Source: Leptonemataceae bacterium (lineage in GTDB: Bacteria > Spirochaetota > Leptospiria > Leptospirales > Leptonemataceae). From it: a stretch of 64,000 nt of DNA. Below the pieces are notes generated by a model. It was not told the origin of the DNA. It was given only the letters and a program-made list of their open reading frames with translations, and did not search any database. Position numbers and translations under genes: made by a program. Below are positions 60,725-64,000 of the stretch, piece by piece (the stretch's first letter is position 1; the number at the start of each line of letters is the position of its first letter). The stretch covers positions 4,288,001 through 4,352,000 of the forward strand of contig OZ245742.1 in the NCBI GenBank assembly GCA_965227295.1, read 5' to 3'.

Positions 60725-62044
60725 CTAAAATCCCGCCCGCGCCAGATAGCCGTCGAGCACATCCCGCCAGTCCCCGCTTGCCCCCAGCCGCGCCAGGTTT
60801 CCCGACGTCCCCGCAAAGGTCCGGTGCACCATCAAAATATCCGCGGGAAAGACAATTCCCAGGGACTCGTACCAATAATCCCCCGCCAGCCGCATCAGCC
60901 TGTCGCCCAGCTCCGGGTCCGAGCCGAAGCGATACGAACCACCGCCGAAGGGTTGCTCGAACAAAAACGCATGGTCTTTCACGAAGTTCACGGACAGCGG
61001 CGAACCGTCGCGCATATGAATGCCGGCGTCCTTCACGATCTCCGGCACGTCGCCGTAGCGCCGTTCCAGCAACGCCCGGGCCATCCGACCGTAGGCCGCG
61101 GCGAGACGATCGGGCACCGTCTTCACACAGCCGAAATCGTACAACACGATGCGACCGTCCTCACGATACGCGAAGTTGCCGGGATTCGGATCCGCGTGCA
61201 GAAAACGATGAATGAGCAGATTTTCCAGCGTCGTCTCGACAATCACCCGGCCCCAGCGATCGCGAAGTTCCTGGGAATAACCGCTGCTCGTCGCATCGTC
61301 CAGGCCCGGTTCGAAGGACATGGCCAGCACCCGCGGACCGGAGAGTTCGTCGATGACCTCGGGAATGATTACGCGGTCGTTGTCCCGATGCAGCGCGGCC
61401 ATCTTCTTGATGTGGCGGGCCTCGGCCTCGTAGTCCAGTTCTTCGTGCAGGCGGTCTTCCAGTTCCTGCCAGATCGGCTCGACGTCCCGGACGCCCAGGA
61501 TCATCAGCAGCGGGGCGGCGAGAATCTTTAAGTTGCGAATATCGGAAGTTACCACCCGCGGCATATCAGGGAACTGAATCTTCAGTGCGATCTCCCGGCC
61601 GTCGCGCATGCGTCCGCGGTGAACCTGGCCGATGCTCGCCGAGGCGAAGGCCGTTTCGTCGATGCTTTCGAGCAACGCGAAGTTATCGCCGAGTTCTGCG
61701 CGGAGCGCCGCTTCGATCTTCGGCCGGTAGGCGATGGGCTGCGCGTCCTTTTGCAGGGCGCTTAAGATCTGCGTGACCTCGGGCGGCAGAAAACCCTCGG
61801 CGCCGTGGATGCTCAGCATCTGCCCGAACTTCATGGCCGCGCCCTTCATGCTGCCCAGGCGTTCCACCAGACGTTCGGCCTCGCGAACATAAACTTTCTG
61901 AACTAATTCGGTCTTCGCGAGATCGTCAAGAAACGGAAGGCGCAGCTTCGTGCCGAACCAGGACGTTCCCAGGCGACCGGCGAGCCCGCCCAGGGCCATT
62001 GCCCGGCCGAAGGCGGAAGTGAGGATGTCTTCGCGGTCACTCAT
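60725..62044 (-). CDS. ABC1/UbiB/AarF family kinase
   Basis: MKFGQ, ASASIGQVH, ELDY..EA, HADPNPGN, YDFG. Confidence 0.93.
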   Translation of the reverse strand: MSDREDILTSAFGRAMALGGLAGRLGTSWFGTKLRLPFLDDLAKTELVQKVYVREAERLVERLGSMKGAAMKFGQMLSIHGAEGFLPPEVTQILSALQKDAQPIAYRPKIEAALRAELGDNFALLESIDETAFASASIGQVHRGRMRDGREIALKIQFPDMPRVVTSDIRNLKILAAPLLMILGVRDVEPIWQELEDRLHEELDYEAEARHIKKMAALHRDNDRVIIPEVIDELSGPRVLAMSFEPGLDDATSSGYSQELRDRWGRVIVETTLENLLIHRFLHADPNPGNFAYREDGRIVLYDFGCVKTVPDRLAAAYGRMARALLERRYGDVPEIVKDAGIHMRDGSPLSVNFVKDHAFLFEQPFGGGSYRFGSDPELGDRLMRLAGDYWYESLGIVFPADILMVHRTFAGTSGNLARLGASGDWRDVLDGYLARAGF

Positions 62045-62117
62045 ACTTCCTTACAATATAGGCGCTCAGGATTCCATTGGAGGGAGATTTTTTCGTTCGC
62101 AGAACAAAGACGGATCA

Positions 62118-62139
62118 ACCACCGAGGCGCCTCGGTGGT
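62118..62139. repeat. Perfect 22-bp palindrome of the CCTCGG family
   Basis: ACCACCGAGGCGCCTCGGTGGT; its right arm also occurs at about 9384-9392. Confidence 0.6.
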
Positions 62140-62151
62140 AAAAAAAGCCTT

Positions 62152-62847
62152 TCAGGAGTTCGTCACCCCGCAGGCCTGGTTGGCCGGCACGGCGATGTCC
62201 ATCATCTTCGGGTTCGGCAGATTCAGGTTGTTCATCAGCTCCACATACTCGGCCTTCGATTTCACCTGCAGTCGCGGATTGAGCGCCCGCTCTTCGGCGA
62301 TCGTGCTCACCGTGCGCCCGCGGTAGTCGTGGGCCGGATAGACAAAGGTATCGTCCGGCAGGGTCAGCAGTTTTTCGAAAATGCTGTCGTAAGAATCTTC
62401 GGGCGAACCGTTCTGAAAATCCGTACGCCCGGTACCGCGAATCAAAAGCGTGTCGCCGGTAAAGACCGAACCGTTCCAGAGAAAGCAGTACGAGTCGTCG
62501 GTATGACCGGGCGTATACATCGCTCGAAGCTGCACGCCGTCGATCGTGAGTGTCTCGCCGTCGGAGACCCGCATGGAAACGCAGTCCGCCCTGGACTGTG
62601 CCCCCATGACGGTGACACATTCCGTCTGCTCCCGCAGGGCGCCGAGGGCGGTGATGTGGTCCGCGTGCACGTGGGTGTCCACGGCCTGTACGAGTTTCAG
62701 ATCGAAGAAACGGATCAACTCCAAATACTGCTCCACATTCTCGACGACCGGATCGATCAGCAGGGCCTCCCGGCCCGGCCCGGAGGCAATCAAATAGGTA
62801 TACGTACTGGAAGTGGGATCATAAAACTGTCGAAAAATCGGCGCCAT
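62152..62847 (-). CDS. Persulfide dioxygenase (ETHE1-like MBL)
   Basis: FRQFYD..SSTYTY, IDPV, THVHADH, TPGHT, GRTDFQ, PAHDY, AVPAN..CG. Confidence 0.9.
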   Translation of the reverse strand: MAPIFRQFYDPTSSTYTYLIASGPGREALLIDPVVENVEQYLELIRFFDLKLVQAVDTHVHADHITALGALREQTECVTVMGAQSRADCVSMRVSDGETLTIDGVQLRAMYTPGHTDDSYCFLWNGSVFTGDTLLIRGTGRTDFQNGSPEDSYDSIFEKLLTLPDDTFVYPAHDYRGRTVSTIAEERALNPRLQVKSKAEYVELMNNLNLPNPKMMDIAVPANQACGVTNS

Positions 62848-62867
62848 ACAAACCTCCGGAAAACGGT

Positions 62868-62898
62868 GGGCATATCATACCCCATATGGTATATACCC
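62868..62898. promoter_or_regulatory. CsoR/CstR-like operator in a divergent promoter
   Basis: ATACC-CCATAT-GGTAT (62877-62892) with outer arms GGGCATAT/ATATACCC. Confidence 0.6.
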
Positions 62899-62929
62899 GA
62901 AATAACGTTCTTCGTTCCCGGCGTCAAGC

Positions 62930-64000
62930 ATGATGCGGCTCACCGAATACTTCACATCTCACCTGCGCGGCGATATCAACGCCGGTTTCACCGTGGGCGT
63001 GCTGCTCATCCCCCAGGGCATGGCTTACGCCTCCATTGCCGGCCTGCCGCCGGTCTACGGACTCTACACCGCCCTCGTCCCCCTGCTCGTCTACGCCGTC
63101 TTCGGTACGTCCCGGCAACTCGCCGTGGGCCCGGTGGCCATGGATTCCCTGCTCGTGGCGAGCGGCGTCTCCGCCCTGGCCCTGGCCGGCAGTGATCGCT
63201 ACATCGAACTGGCCCTGGGTCTGGCCCTACTCACCGGTACGTTTCAGTTTCTCTTCGGCCTCCTGCGTCTGGGGTTCCTCGTACACTTCCTGTCCCGACC
63301 GGTCATCAGCGGGTTCACGTCCGCTGCGGCGGTGATCATCAGTCTACACCAGGTGCCGAATCTCCTGGGCATCCCCGTGGAACGCGCGTCCACGCCTCTA
63401 ATGTTCGGCAAGATTTTATTAAGTCTGCCCGACGCGCATCTGAGCACGGCGTTCCTCGGCCTCGCTTCCATCGCCGTCATCCTGCTGTTCAAACGGCGGC
63501 TCCCGAAGGTTCCCGCGGCCCTGGCCGTGGTTGTCGCCGGCATCCTGTTTGTGCGTTTGCTGGGCCTCAAGGACATCGGCGTGGACATCGTCGGTGCGGT
63601 GCCCGCCGGTCTGCCTGAGTTTCACTTGCCGAGCATTAGCGTCGCCGACGCGCAGTTGCTCCTGCCGGCGGCACTCTCCCTGGCATTGATGGGTTACCTC
63701 GAAGCCGTATCCATCGCGCAGTCCGTGCGACCGCCGGACGAACAACCGGACGGCGACAGCAACCGCGAGCTGATCGCCCTCGGGATCAGCAACGCCGTCG
63801 GCGCCGTCTTTCAATCGTATGCCATGACCGGCAGCTTTTCGCGTTCGGCGGTCAACGCCCAGGCCGGGGCGCGCACGAAGTTCGCCGCGGTGATCAGCGC
63901 CGGCATCGTCGCCCTGGTCCTCCTGTTTTTCGCCGATTGGTTTTATCATTTGCCCAAAGCCGTGCTCGCCGCCATCATTGTCGTGGCCGTTTCGGGCCTG
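62930..64000 (+). CDS. SulP family anion transporter (3' truncated)
   Basis: GDINAGFTVGVLLIPQGMAYA, YA.FGTSR...GP, NRELIALG..N, GSFSRSAVN; absent from the ORF track because the stop lies outside the window. Confidence 0.93.
   Translation, partial: MMRLTEYFTSHLRGDINAGFTVGVLLIPQGMAYASIAGLPPVYGLYTALVPLLVYAVFGTSRQLAVGPVAMDSLLVASGVSALALAGSDRYIELALGLALLTGTFQFLFGLLRLGFLVHFLSRPVISGFTSAAAVIISLHQVPNLLGIPVERASTPLMFGKILLSLPDAHLSTAFLGLASIAVILLFKRRLPKVPAALAVVVAGILFVRLLGLKDIGVDIVGAVPAGLPEFHLPSISVADAQLLLPAALSLALMGYLEAVSIAQSVRPPDEQPDGDSNRELIALGISNAVGAVFQSYAMTGSFSRSAVNAQAGARTKFAAVISAGIVALVLLFFADWFYHLPKAVLAAIIVVAVSGL

Overview
This is 64 kb of GC-rich bacterial chromosome. The gene content looks Leptospirales/spirochaete-like (inference, not verified). 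It is mostly housekeeping, envelope and signalling genes: a PBP, penicillin acylase, flap-type exonuclease, two LtaS-like sulfatases, a PP2C/HAMP operon, cheW, bactofilin, thrB, tandem DsbA-like genes, a hybrid histidine kinase, mdh, a PfkB kinase, ilvN, sppA, an MlaC-MMPL-lipoprotein operon, patatin, a UbiB kinase and a persulfide dioxygenase/SulP pair. There are two tRNAs (Glu-TTC, Lys-TTT) and one internally deleted IS1182-family element. I found no CRISPR array, prophage or rRNA. The strongest unexplained signal is non-coding: seven copies of a 105-210 bp intergenic element whose multibranch fold is conserved by compensatory base changes at four helices. Its hairpin loops read as cGNAg/cGNNAg, the extra-stable DNA loops, on one strand only, which points to a folded ssDNA substrate. 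Two subtypes form divergent pairs around an AT-rich spacer, and the IS1182 sits inside one copy. Other notable signals are a second CCTCGG-based repeat/MITE family, MerR- and CsoR/CstR-type operators, a ComEA-like HhH insert in the MMPL transporter, and several atypical enzymes.
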